The notes beneath the pieces were generated by a model that was given only the letters and a program-made list of their open reading frames with translations, searched no databases and was not told where the DNA came from. Shown one piece after another: positions 50,620 to 60,300 of a stretch of DNA of 64,000 nucleotides (within the stretch, counting starts at the first letter, position 1; every line of letters starts with the position of its first letter). The translations under genes were made by a program, and so were the position numbers. Origin of the DNA: Gemmatimonadota bacterium. GTDB lineage: Bacteria > Latescibacterota > UBA2968 > UBA8231. Location of the stretch: NCBI GenBank assembly GCA_038128265.1, contig JAYPJE010000016.1, forward strand, positions 1 to 64,000. Direction: 5' to 3'.

Positions 50620-52716
50620 TCAATACGCCACGCCAAATGGCTGAATAGTAGCACTAGAACGCGCATCGCCCTCCACTTCAACTTGTAGCAAATAGAGACC
50701 CGGCGGCACCAACTCCCCGCCGTCATTGCGACCATCCCAGTTCAACTCGGGCTGGCTGTCGGCGTTGTAAATTCCGTTGTCGGCCAGTCCAACATACAGT
50801 CTGCGCACGCTCTGTCCCGCCAGGTTGAATATTTCCACGGAGACCCGTGCCTCACCGACGACGGCGAGAATTTCATAGCTCATTTGCAAGCGGTCGTTTA
50901 CTGCGTCGCCGTTGGGCGTCACCACGGTTGTTGAGACATTTAACGCACCGACCAGGCTGCCCGAGTTAACGCTCGGGCTCAGCACCGTAATGTCAGATTT
51001 AAACGGCACGTCTTCGTCGTCGAGCAAAGCCGCATCGCCGGCAACGACGCCCTGAAAAGCCTCCTCAGCCAACAGCAGCACCCGACCTTCAAAGGTCGTG
51101 CTAAAGGACAGCACGCGGCTGACAAAGTGCACTTTAACCACCGAATTGTTGTCCAATACGCGCGGAAAGCGCACCACAAACCCATCGTCTGTTATGGAGA
51201 CAATCTCCACATCGTCCTCTGCAGTGGGACGATCCTGAGTAACAAACGTGTGATCAATCACGGCACTGCCTGTACCATCCAGAATTTCTATTCGATCAAT
51301 GCTCTTCACGCGCGTGCCCGTGGTCAATTCGAGCGTGTCAAAGCCCTGTATCTGTCCGCTGGTCATGTCGGTGCGCAGCGCATACACAAAGGGAATGTCC
51401 GTAGCCGCCGGCACTTCGCGCGGAAAGATTTCGCCAACGATCTCATCGGCCAGCGGCGGCGAGGTAAAGTCAAAGGAAAGCTGATCCAGCGCGTAGCTGG
51501 CCTCTAGGTCTTCGCTGAGAAAATCGACGCGAAACTGAATATACTGACGAGGTCCAGGTGATATGATGGGCACGCCGTTTTCACTGGTGCCGTCTTCTAG
51601 TGAGTAGGGTGAAGTCCACGGGCTCCAGTTTTCAAGATCGTCGCGCACCGAACCGCGTTCCCATTCATCAGACTGACCACCTTTTTCGGGCAGGCGAAGA
51701 TATTCACGACGCTCCAACGGCTGCGTGGGGTCGCTCACCGAGAGCGGTATCTCTTGTGCATCCTGCAAACCGACGCGCTTGCGCGTGTAGGCGAACGGCG
51801 TGGAATCGCTGCCGCTGCGCGAGCGAATCTGCATATCAACCCGATCTGCATTGCCAACCAAATTCTGCAGCCAGCGCAAGCGCCCCCAGTTGGCAGGAGA
51901 CCCCATGTCGATTACGGGCGATATGTAGCGCGCCGTAGGAAAGAACCCCTCTCCAAATACCTGAATTTTCTCTATTTCAAACGGAATCGAAGACGTCGCA
52001 CGCAGACGCAAAAAACGCAGCAGGCGAGGGGGGTCGATGTTGATTTCCGTTATCGGGCTGTCGTTGTTGGTGCGCGTTTCGTATAGCTCCCAGATCGGAT
52101 TACCCGCTTCTGTCAGCACCACGCCATCGTTGATACTCACTTCAAAGTTTTTGAGGAAGTCGCCTTGAAACGGCGTGGCTGGAGACGGGAATACGGTATT
52201 CCGAGGAAAGAATCGCAGCTGATTCACCCCAAAGCGCCCACCCAGATCCAACACCATGAGCGTGCCGAGAACAAAGTTCCCCTTGCGCTCAAATGCCCTT
52301 CCATTCGGCGACGACGTAATGAGTTGGTCGAGCGTCTGTCGCAGCTGTGCATCAGATATATCGAGCACCGTTGGCGTCGTGAGCCGACCGCCCCGTTCGC
52401 TTATTTGCGTCGCAATGTTTTCGCCGACACCGACGCGGCCCGGCAATATACTACCGGGGAAATCGGCGCTGGAAAAATCGATCAGCTTCGAGGGCGTATT
52501 CCCTATTTCCGTAACGGTGGGATCGAGCGGCGAGCGATATTCGGGATCAATTGCAGAGAATACAACTCCGCTTACCACGTCGCCCTCCCAACTGATCTGA
52601 CCGTCTCTGCCGAGCGTTAATACCTCGGCTGCGTCTGCGCTAGGCAGACTCCCCAGACAGGCCAGCAGAGCGCCAGACGCGCACCAACTCAGCAACTTGC
52701 TTCTCATGCTCCTCAT
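50620..52716 (-). CDS. Secreted protein with C-terminal FlgD-Ig / T9SS type-B-like domain
   Basis: Signal peptide; DLGGRFGVNQLRFFP; VTPNGDAVND...FNLAGQSVR...WDGRN...PGLY...VAY. Confidence 0.75.
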   Translation of the reverse strand: MRSMRSKLLSWCASGALLACLGSLPSADAAEVLTLGRDGQISWEGDVVSGVVFSAIDPEYRSPLDPTVTEIGNTPSKLIDFSSADFPGSILPGRVGVGENIATQISERGGRLTTPTVLDISDAQLRQTLDQLITSSPNGRAFERKGNFVLGTLMVLDLGGRFGVNQLRFFPRNTVFPSPATPFQGDFLKNFEVSINDGVVLTEAGNPIWELYETRTNNDSPITEINIDPPRLLRFLRLRATSSIPFEIEKIQVFGEGFFPTARYISPVIDMGSPANWGRLRWLQNLVGNADRVDMQIRSRSGSDSTPFAYTRKRVGLQDAQEIPLSVSDPTQPLERREYLRLPEKGGQSDEWERGSVRDDLENWSPWTSPYSLEDGTSENGVPIISPGPRQYIQFRVDFLSEDLEASYALDQLSFDFTSPPLADEIVGEIFPREVPAATDIPFVYALRTDMTSGQIQGFDTLELTTGTRVKSIDRIEILDGTGSAVIDHTFVTQDRPTAEDDVEIVSITDDGFVVRFPRVLDNNSVVKVHFVSRVLSFSTTFEGRVLLLAEEAFQGVVAGDAALLDDEDVPFKSDITVLSPSVNSGSLVGALNVSTTVVTPNGDAVNDRLQMSYEILAVVGEARVSVEIFNLAGQSVRRLYVGLADNGIYNADSQPELNWDGRNDGGELVPPGLYLLQVEVEGDARSSATIQPFGVAY

Positions 52717-54611
52717 TCCCCGAATTGTCTCAGTACGGCGTTCAAATCGTCTTCCATCGCTTGCTGCACTTCAGCGCGCCGCTTGCGCGTTTCGAATAGT
52801 CTGCGAGCGGCTTCTGCTTCTTCCAATCGCCCCACGCGATAGTATAGCTTGCCGAGAAAGAAATGCGCTCGGTAGCCATCGGGCTCTATATCCCGCAGGC
52901 GCTCAAATACGGACAGCGCCTCTACAAAGCGCTCGTCAACGGCCAACAGCTTGCCCAACTCCCACAGGGCCGAAGGCTGGTCGGAATCCATGGCCAACAC
53001 GGCATTCAACGCCTCCTCGGCGGCTTGCCTTTCGCCTCGCTCGACCAACAAGACCGCCGAACGCCAACCGGCCTCTACGCTCCAGGCCGAGTGCGCGCTC
53101 AACAAACTATACGCTTCCAACGCTTCGTCTAGGCGCCCTACCGATTCACACAATCGGGCCAATCCATAGCGCACGCGCGCGCTGTCCGGATGGCTAACCA
53201 ACGCCTCGCGATAGGCTTCTAACGCCCCTTCTACATCTCCCATGAGCAGGCGAGCATCGCCGAGAACACCCAGCCAGCGATCGCCTTTGGGGTCGCCGTC
53301 GCTCAGTGCCTGATATTCTTTCGCTGCCTCGCGCGGCATATCGGCGAGCATATACGCACGGGCCTGCTCGGCGCGAATGTTCAGACCAATCGCATCGGTG
53401 AATTTTGCCCGCGCTTGCTCATAGACCCGACCGGCGCGCCGATAGTCACCCATTTCCCCATAGAGTCGAGCTAGGCCCACATATGCTCCAACTGGGGCCG
53501 AATCAAATCCAATGGCTGACTCGTACTCCCTTGCCGCATTGGCACTCATCGCCAATTGCTCGTAAGCACGTGCGCGCACCTGACGCTCATGCACTGTTCC
53601 CCGTTCCTGCCAGACGTGCCCCCCGCGGTTGCACACGACGACAAGCGCCGCAAGCACGACCCAACCCAGCACCGCGCGCCGACCGGGCAGCACGCCTACC
53701 CACAGTTGCACGATCCCCTGCGCCGCTGCCAGCAGCAGTATTGGCACAGCCACTGTGCGCAGCGCGGGATGCCCACCGTATGGGACGGTGAGGGCTATGA
53801 CCGCTAGGCAAGCCACCAGAACGAACTTTTTTTCTGCGACCGCTCTGCTCCGCCAAAGGGCGAACAAACCCAACAACATTAGAGGCCCTATTGCACCCCA
53901 GGGAAAAAACAGCCACCGGTGCCACAGCAGCGCGGCAACGATGGTTCCCTCTGTCGCCAGATAGGGATCGGCCAAATCGGCCCATTCTCCGCCCCAGAAA
54001 AATCGCGCCAAAGCCGAAGGCCAATCGGCCGCCCCTGCAGGCTGTAGCGCTGACCATCCTCCGGTCCACAGCAGCATCGAAAGCAGGCCCAGCAGCCAAC
54101 CAACCACCATAAACGCCGCATGGCGCGATGCCCTTTTGCCAGCACACCAAATGCCGACCACGACCAGCAGGCGAACCGGCCCCGATAGCGCGCCCGCCAT
54201 GCCAAGCAGGAGTCCGGTCCAGACTGAATGGACGCGCCAGACGACCAGCGACGTCAGACCGACAAGCGATAAGAATGCGGCCCAAGATCCAGCACCGACC
54301 TGTCCTTCCATGTATATAGACGGACCGTAACAAGCGGCCATTGCGCCCGCTAAAAAGCCCACCCCGTGGTCCAACAAGGTCGCTGCCAACTTCCAAACCA
54401 GCAGGCAGTTGACCACGCCGATACCCAGTTGAAGACCGATCAGCACCCCCTGCGATACACCCCACTGGCTCCACATGCCATCGGCTTGCGCCGCCGCGCT
54501 CAAGGGATCCTGGCCGACCTGCCATAGATAGACGACTCGCCACAGCAGGGCCACTAGCCCAATGGCCACTACAGCCAAGAGCGAACCTCCACTCGCGCGC
54601 TCCCAATTCAC
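52713..54611 (-). CDS. Multi-pass membrane protein (degenerate GT-C/ArnT-like) with C-terminal TPRs
   Basis: About 10 hydrophobic segments; YGPSIYMEG resembles GT39/ArnT-TPR proteins; several TPR-like repeats in the C-terminal half. Confidence 0.65.
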   Translation of the reverse strand: MNWERASGGSLLAVVAIGLVALLWRVVYLWQVGQDPLSAAAQADGMWSQWGVSQGVLIGLQLGIGVVNCLLVWKLAATLLDHGVGFLAGAMAACYGPSIYMEGQVGAGSWAAFLSLVGLTSLVVWRVHSVWTGLLLGMAGALSGPVRLLVVVGIWCAGKRASRHAAFMVVGWLLGLLSMLLWTGGWSALQPAGAADWPSALARFFWGGEWADLADPYLATEGTIVAALLWHRWLFFPWGAIGPLMLLGLFALWRSRAVAEKKFVLVACLAVIALTVPYGGHPALRTVAVPILLLAAAQGIVQLWVGVLPGRRAVLGWVVLAALVVVCNRGGHVWQERGTVHERQVRARAYEQLAMSANAAREYESAIGFDSAPVGAYVGLARLYGEMGDYRRAGRVYEQARAKFTDAIGLNIRAEQARAYMLADMPREAAKEYQALSDGDPKGDRWLGVLGDARLLMGDVEGALEAYREALVSHPDSARVRYGLARLCESVGRLDEALEAYSLLSAHSAWSVEAGWRSAVLLVERGERQAAEEALNAVLAMDSDQPSALWELGKLLAVDERFVEALSVFERLRDIEPDGYRAHFFLGKLYYRVGRLEEAEAARRLFETRKRRAEVQQAMEDDLNAVLRQFGE

Positions 54612-54646
54612 TTGGCCGATATCTCATGGCGCGTTTGCATACCCTA

Positions 54647-57319
54647 CTAGTTCAGACCAGCGAAAATGGTGATGAAAGACTGACTCGTTAGCCGCGCTTT
54701 CTGACCGGAGAAGTCCTTGCGCTCCAGCGACCAACCCACCAAAGCGCGCAGTCGATAGCCGAGGTAGTCGGACTCATTGCTAAACTGCACTGCACCGACG
54801 AGTGAATTGAAATCCATCGAATCGTCTTCCAGATCGTTGAAGTACATGTACTCAATACCAGCCTGTAGCATGGTGACCTTCAGCACGGGCACCCGAAAGA
54901 GAGCCGAGGCCAACTCCGTCAGCGAAGTCTCATCATTCTCGGAAAACAGACCGCGGCTCTGTTTGCGAAATTCGCTTTTAAAACGCGGCTCTATGACGAC
55001 GCGTCCGATATTGCGGCGATAGCCAATCTTGTTGATGACGCCGAAAAAGAAGTCCGACTTGTCGAGCCCGTGCATCTGGCGATCAGCCCGACTCATCAGC
55101 TGGTTGAAGAGCACGTAGTTGAGCTTGTTCATCATGGAAACCGAACCGCGCTGCAGCGCGTGCCCGAGAAACGACTGACTCACAAACGTATCCCTTGCGA
55201 GCAGCGGATCTTCCACCTGCGTCAACTCGCCGCCCAGCAGCGTGTTGTCCGGAGCCCACTGCAATAGGTTGTTGGGAATGTCGTCCTCGACCTTTTTGAC
55301 CATCTGAAATACGCGCAGCCGACCAAGGCGCGGTGAATCGCCGTCGTAGGTCATCATTCCATACAGACTGTGGTTTTTCTGATTTGATGAGATCAATCCC
55401 TCGCGCAGCACGCCCAGCGACACGCTCATTTCAGGCGTGATATCGGCCTTGCCATAGACGTTATAACCACGGTGGTCTTTGCGGTAGGGATAGTCCGGCA
55501 GTTCGTCGTTCTCGTACTGATCTATCCAGAAGTTGTTGTTCATATCGACGCCGAATAGAAACTCGGGGCGATCCGACGCATAGCGCAGAAACGGCTCCTC
55601 GTAGTCAGGCGTTACGTTTGAGCGAACGAGGTTGTCGTTTTGGTTGATATCGGGGATGAAGTCGTTGTTCTGGTCCCATCCGGGAAATACGCGCGAATCG
55701 CCCGGCAGCCAGTCGAAGCGCACGGTGTCGGGATTGCGATCCTGATCGTCGTTATCCTCAACCAGTTCGACCATGCCGCGACGCTCGCTGTCATACTCTA
55801 TGCCGCCAGCCCCCTGCGTGATAAAGGTCCGCGTATTGTAGTGCGGATCCATGCTGTATGCTTCGCCAAACAGAGAAAAAACCGATGACTTCTTCGACGC
55901 ATTGATCATCCAAGCAGGTGCGCTGCGCTGCGAGCCTACGCCAGAATACGCCTTGTGGCTCTCCTCGTTTGGATTGGGGTACTTGCGATAGTTCCAGTTC
56001 AGATCGTATTCGCCGTAAATATCGATTCCTTTGAAGTTGCGCACTTCAATCGTTCCGCCAAAAATATGCGTCGCCGTCGGAAGGCCGTACTCAAAGCGAA
56101 CGGTTTCCAAATTCGTGATGTCCTGGACGTTGCCCTCAGCCTGCGCCACGAGCAGCAGCACCGGCTGACCGTCCGTATTGGTCTGCTGATCGGACGTCAT
56201 CCAGATCTGGTAGTCGTTGCCGACCGAAAGGCGAAACTCAACTTTCTCAATTTCTTCTTTGGCCTGGCTGGACTGGTCGACAAAAGACGGGCTGTTGAAA
56301 TCGTAGAGCAGGCGGATTTCTTCGGAGCCGTTAGCGGCAATAAAGCCCTGCTCAACAAATCCCCCTTCGACGATAGGCTCAAAGCGGATATCTTTCCCCG
56401 AGTCTACCGTGCCGTCGCGATACGTGATAACCACGTCGGAACCGGCGGGGAAGTAGGCCGCTCCGCCTACGCCGTCTTCCGGCGAGTCGTCGCGCAGAAC
56501 GACCTGGATAAAGCCGACCGTCTTGTTTTGTCCGACGGTGAGCGCTCCGGCGAATGGATTGCCGGCGAGTTTGTCCGACAGCGTATTAGACTGGTGTGCG
56601 TTGACCGTATGGAGCGCCACTTCGACGAAGTCACCAAGCCCAACGCCAAAGCGCCCGCCAAGCAGCGTCGTATTGTTCGTGCGCGGAACTTCCAATTCGG
56701 CGGTAGACGATCCACCCGGACTGCTGATGCGCGAGTAGATCAGCGTCGCCTCGTAGCGATCCGTGCCCAAGTCGAACTGAACGCCGTCAAAGCGCGGCTT
56801 GGAAAAGACCATCGGACTCAGCACCGAACGCAGTTGGCTACTCACGGTCAGCGCGTAGTGGTACTGGCCCTGTTGGTCGGTAGCCACCACGACGTCGGAA
56901 AACCACTGGCTGAAGCGATCCGATTTAAACAGCGTATTACCAAACTGCAGAGGGCGGATCTGCGCGTTGTTAAAAATCAACCATCCGCGCGTCACGTAAT
57001 TGCCGTAAAGGTCGTAAAAGTAATCGCCCTCCAACGTGGTTTCCACGTAGCGCTGATAGGGGTTGCGCGCGTAGTTGGTATACTCCCACTGCCGCCACTG
57101 ATACTCCTTGTACAACTCCTGCGGCACATACCAACGGCGCATCGCCGGATCCAGCGCTCCCAGCATAACTCCGGGACCCTGCGGCGCGTAGCTCGTTTCG
57201 GTCTGCGATTGGAGGCCCAACCGCGTTCCGTAGTCTACCTGTGCGCTTCCCGTCTCCGTGATCGCCAGCAAAGCTACGGCTAGCGACGAGGCGAAAAGTA
57301 CTTTAGAAATCGCTTTCAA
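54647..57319 (-). CDS. Uncharacterised secreted / putative outer-membrane protein (paralog of 45899..48547)
   Basis: Likely TTG start at 57319 after GGGAGG; signal peptide GSA|Q; long blocks near-identical to the paralog. Confidence 0.65.
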   Translation of the reverse strand: MKAISKVLFASSLAVALLAITETGSAQVDYGTRLGLQSQTETSYAPQGPGVMLGALDPAMRRWYVPQELYKEYQWRQWEYTNYARNPYQRYVETTLEGDYFYDLYGNYVTRGWLIFNNAQIRPLQFGNTLFKSDRFSQWFSDVVVATDQQGQYHYALTVSSQLRSVLSPMVFSKPRFDGVQFDLGTDRYEATLIYSRISSPGGSSTAELEVPRTNNTTLLGGRFGVGLGDFVEVALHTVNAHQSNTLSDKLAGNPFAGALTVGQNKTVGFIQVVLRDDSPEDGVGGAAYFPAGSDVVITYRDGTVDSGKDIRFEPIVEGGFVEQGFIAANGSEEIRLLYDFNSPSFVDQSSQAKEEIEKVEFRLSVGNDYQIWMTSDQQTNTDGQPVLLLVAQAEGNVQDITNLETVRFEYGLPTATHIFGGTIEVRNFKGIDIYGEYDLNWNYRKYPNPNEESHKAYSGVGSQRSAPAWMINASKKSSVFSLFGEAYSMDPHYNTRTFITQGAGGIEYDSERRGMVELVEDNDDQDRNPDTVRFDWLPGDSRVFPGWDQNNDFIPDINQNDNLVRSNVTPDYEEPFLRYASDRPEFLFGVDMNNNFWIDQYENDELPDYPYRKDHRGYNVYGKADITPEMSVSLGVLREGLISSNQKNHSLYGMMTYDGDSPRLGRLRVFQMVKKVEDDIPNNLLQWAPDNTLLGGELTQVEDPLLARDTFVSQSFLGHALQRGSVSMMNKLNYVLFNQLMSRADRQMHGLDKSDFFFGVINKIGYRRNIGRVVIEPRFKSEFRKQSRGLFSENDETSLTELASALFRVPVLKVTMLQAGIEYMYFNDLEDDSMDFNSLVGAVQFSNESDYLGYRLRALVGWSLERKDFSGQKARLTSQSFITIFAGLN

Positions 57320-57380
57320 GCGTGCCTCCCTTAAATATGCAACCATTCGTCCCGGTCTGAACTCGGCGTGTCGCGCCCTA

Positions 57381-60300
57381 TTAGTACGCCACACCAACCA
57401 ACTGCACCAACTGCTGCCCCGAAACATCTTCGGCATCGGTTTCTACGTCCACTTGGGCAATGTATAGCCCTGGCACGACCAAGACCCCATCATCGGCCCG
57501 GCCGTCCCAATGAAACTGCTGTGACCCACCCGACACGACGCGCTCTATGGTGCGCACGCGCCGCCCGTCCAAGCTGTAGATATGCACACTTACTGGGCGA
57601 GCGGCATGCACCTTGAACAGAGAGAAAGAGATGATCGTCTGGTCGTTAATCGCATCGCCGTTGGGCGTAAACGGGTTGGGCGCCACCTGCATTTTTTCGA
57701 CCACATTGCCCGCGCCTTGGGCCAAGATCTCCAGACCAACGCCCGGTACGACTTCCGTTACGTCTTCCGCGCTCGCCTCCTGCCACACCCCGCCGCTCGC
57801 GCCGTTGCGCACGGCGACCTTGATATTGGATCCCTGTAGAAAAATGCGCGAAGCAATGCGCAGACGTATCAAATCGCCCAAACTAACTACGGCTCCTCGA
57901 CGGCTGGTCGGCAGACGATTGTAGTCGGTCTCCGTCAACAGCTCACCGTCGTCATCGTAGGGCGACTCTTCGCCCAGGGCCGCAACGATGCGGAAGTAGC
58001 GGACGGGGCCGCGCTCCTCGACGGGCAGATCTTCGTACTCGTCGCGATCCACTTCGGTCAGCCCGCTTTCCCGCTGGCGAAAATAGCGGATATCGCCCTG
58101 TTGATCGATCGGTAGTATCGAATGCGAGGTCGCTGTTAGCAGCAAACCGTCCACCGTCGTCGGCACCGAATCGCCGACTTCCAACCTGCGATTGAATACG
58201 CTAGCCGCCCCCGCCGCACTCTCGAGCGGCTGTGGGAAGCGCACCCAGACCGAATCGCTCTGGTCGCCTGCAACCTGCACAATACTTCCCGCCGCGCTAG
58301 CCAACCCGTCGCCGTCTGGCAGGTCGTAGATGACAGCAGGCGACTCGTTCTGAAAATCCTCTTCCGTGCCGACAGCCACATCGATCAGGTTCATATCCCA
58401 TTGGGGCTCAGAGCGCAGCAGCATCTCGTCGAATCCGGGCTGAACGAGCGCGATGGGCTGTGTGAGAAAGCCCGGGCGTAAAAACACTTCGAACGTGTCG
58501 AGAATACCGGCCTGCGTTTGCGCCGGCCACAGTTCGGCGCGCAGTTCCTGCGCAACCGGATTGTGCAGCTGCACCGATATGCGCTCAAGTGCCGGCGCGA
58601 CAATTCGGCTATTGCTAATCAAGCGGGCCTGAATTTGCATGTAGCGACGCAAACTGGGCGACGTAACCCGGTCTCCCCGGTTGATGTATTTCTGGCTCCA
58701 CGGACTCCAGTCAGGCCCCAGAGACAGGGTTGTATCGGTCACGCCCTTTAGAAAACCGGGTAGCTTACTATATTGCTCCTCCGTCTGCTCCTCACCGCTA
58801 TTTTTAAAGTAGCGCACAATCTGAAAGAGCTGGTTACCCGTCCGCGTGCGGATTTCGACCTGCGTGCCAGGCGGCGTGCTGGCCTCCCAGTCAATAGCAC
58901 CGAGGTTGAAATTGCCCGGCAATTCGATCAAGTCCGACTCGGCCACCACTTCGGCCGCCGGTCCCTCTGAAAAGATCTGCACTTCCGCAATCCAGGGCCA
59001 AAATTCGTCAATGCCAGCCCCAATATTATCCAAGTTAGTGTTGATAAAGGTGGTCAATTCGAGATAGCGGAGTTTGACCGGTGGATCCACCACGTCGTTT
59101 AGCGTAGTGAAGGAGCCGTTGTCGATATTCTTTTCGCGCTCGGGCGGACTCAAGGCCTGCCACAGCAGTTCGCCTCTGGCATCGCGCGCACCGGAAGAGC
59201 CGCGCATCAGGTACCCTCGTATGCCATCGGTGAAATAGCGAATTTCCTTAAGCCAGATCGACCCACCTAGGTCGACTATGAGGATATTGTCGTCGGGCTT
59301 TTCCGGATCGCGCGACGCGTGCTGATATCGGGTGGCACCATCTCCATCAAAAGCGGCTATAGGCGCCGCATTGGAAAAGGTGTGGCTGATCGATCCTCCC
59401 AATCGCGCCAATCCCATACTCAGATTGTCGCCCATAGCCCAAGCGCCGACTTCAGCGAGGCGGGGCAGCTCGCGCCGATAGTACAGGCGCCGTCCCTGGC
59501 GTTCCGGTTCCAACGCCAAGTAGGTCGCTTCGTCTACCGGTTCTTCTCGGCCAGTTAGATCTTGGACGAAGTACTCTATGTCGCCGCGCTCGTTCACAGG
59601 CAGCGCCTGCCAGGCTTCCTCGCTTATCAGCTCGGCTCGTCCAAAGCGCGAATCGGTGATGACGATGCGGATCGTCTCAATCTTGCGCCCCGTCCACTCA
59701 AAGTTGCTCACATTGGATACGAAGTTCGACTGATGACGGCCTGTCGCTACGCTGGCCGCCGAGAAGCGCTTTGACTCAACCGGCACATCGACCGGCAGCC
59801 CGTCGCTGACGGAACCGCTCTGAAAGATATAGGTGCGCTGGTCGGTGTTGGGCGCCTCGAAAGGCACGAAGCGCGAAAAGCGCAGGTTTCCTTCTTCAAA
59901 ACGACTGGGCGTCTGGCGCTCGCTCAGCAGTAGAATAAACTTGTGGAAGGGATCGCCCTGCTCCTCGTCGACAAACTGCAGGCGCAGCTGTTCCAACGGC
60001 ACGACGCGCGCCAGGTCGACCTCGATCCACCACTGACTAATTGGGTCGTTCGGATCCGGCTCCCAGTAGGTATTAGGGTCACCGTCAAAAATATTGGCGG
60101 CCATCTGCGGGTTCGATCCTACGCGACTCACGCCGGGGCGCACGGCATAATCAAAGATGGCCTTTCCTTGCGTATCGAGTAGAATTTCACCCTTGTCGTT
60201 GATGCGCACCGTGCTGTCAATCGTCGCGATGCGCGCATCCTTGCTAAAGATTTCCAGCGGGCGTCGAAAACTCGTATCGGCTAAGACGTTGTACACCGTT

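Noticed and set aside
55955..57283. 442-aa plus-strand ORF, and similar long antisense ORFs (93..866, 2570..3460, 3477..4472, 11369..12367, 38976..39863)
   Set aside because: These are shadow ORFs opposite well-supported genes in GC-rich DNA, with no recognisable motifs.
45899..57319. Calling the ~890-aa paralogs TonB-dependent receptors or SusC
   Set aside because: I saw no recognisable plug motifs, no terminal aromatic residue and no SusD-like lipoprotein neighbour.
42452..57436. Long N-terminal extensions in the ORF track (43537, 44853, 48706, 57436)
   Set aside because: They overlap upstream genes or terminators. Downstream starts with an RBS, a signal peptide or stop-start coupling fit better.
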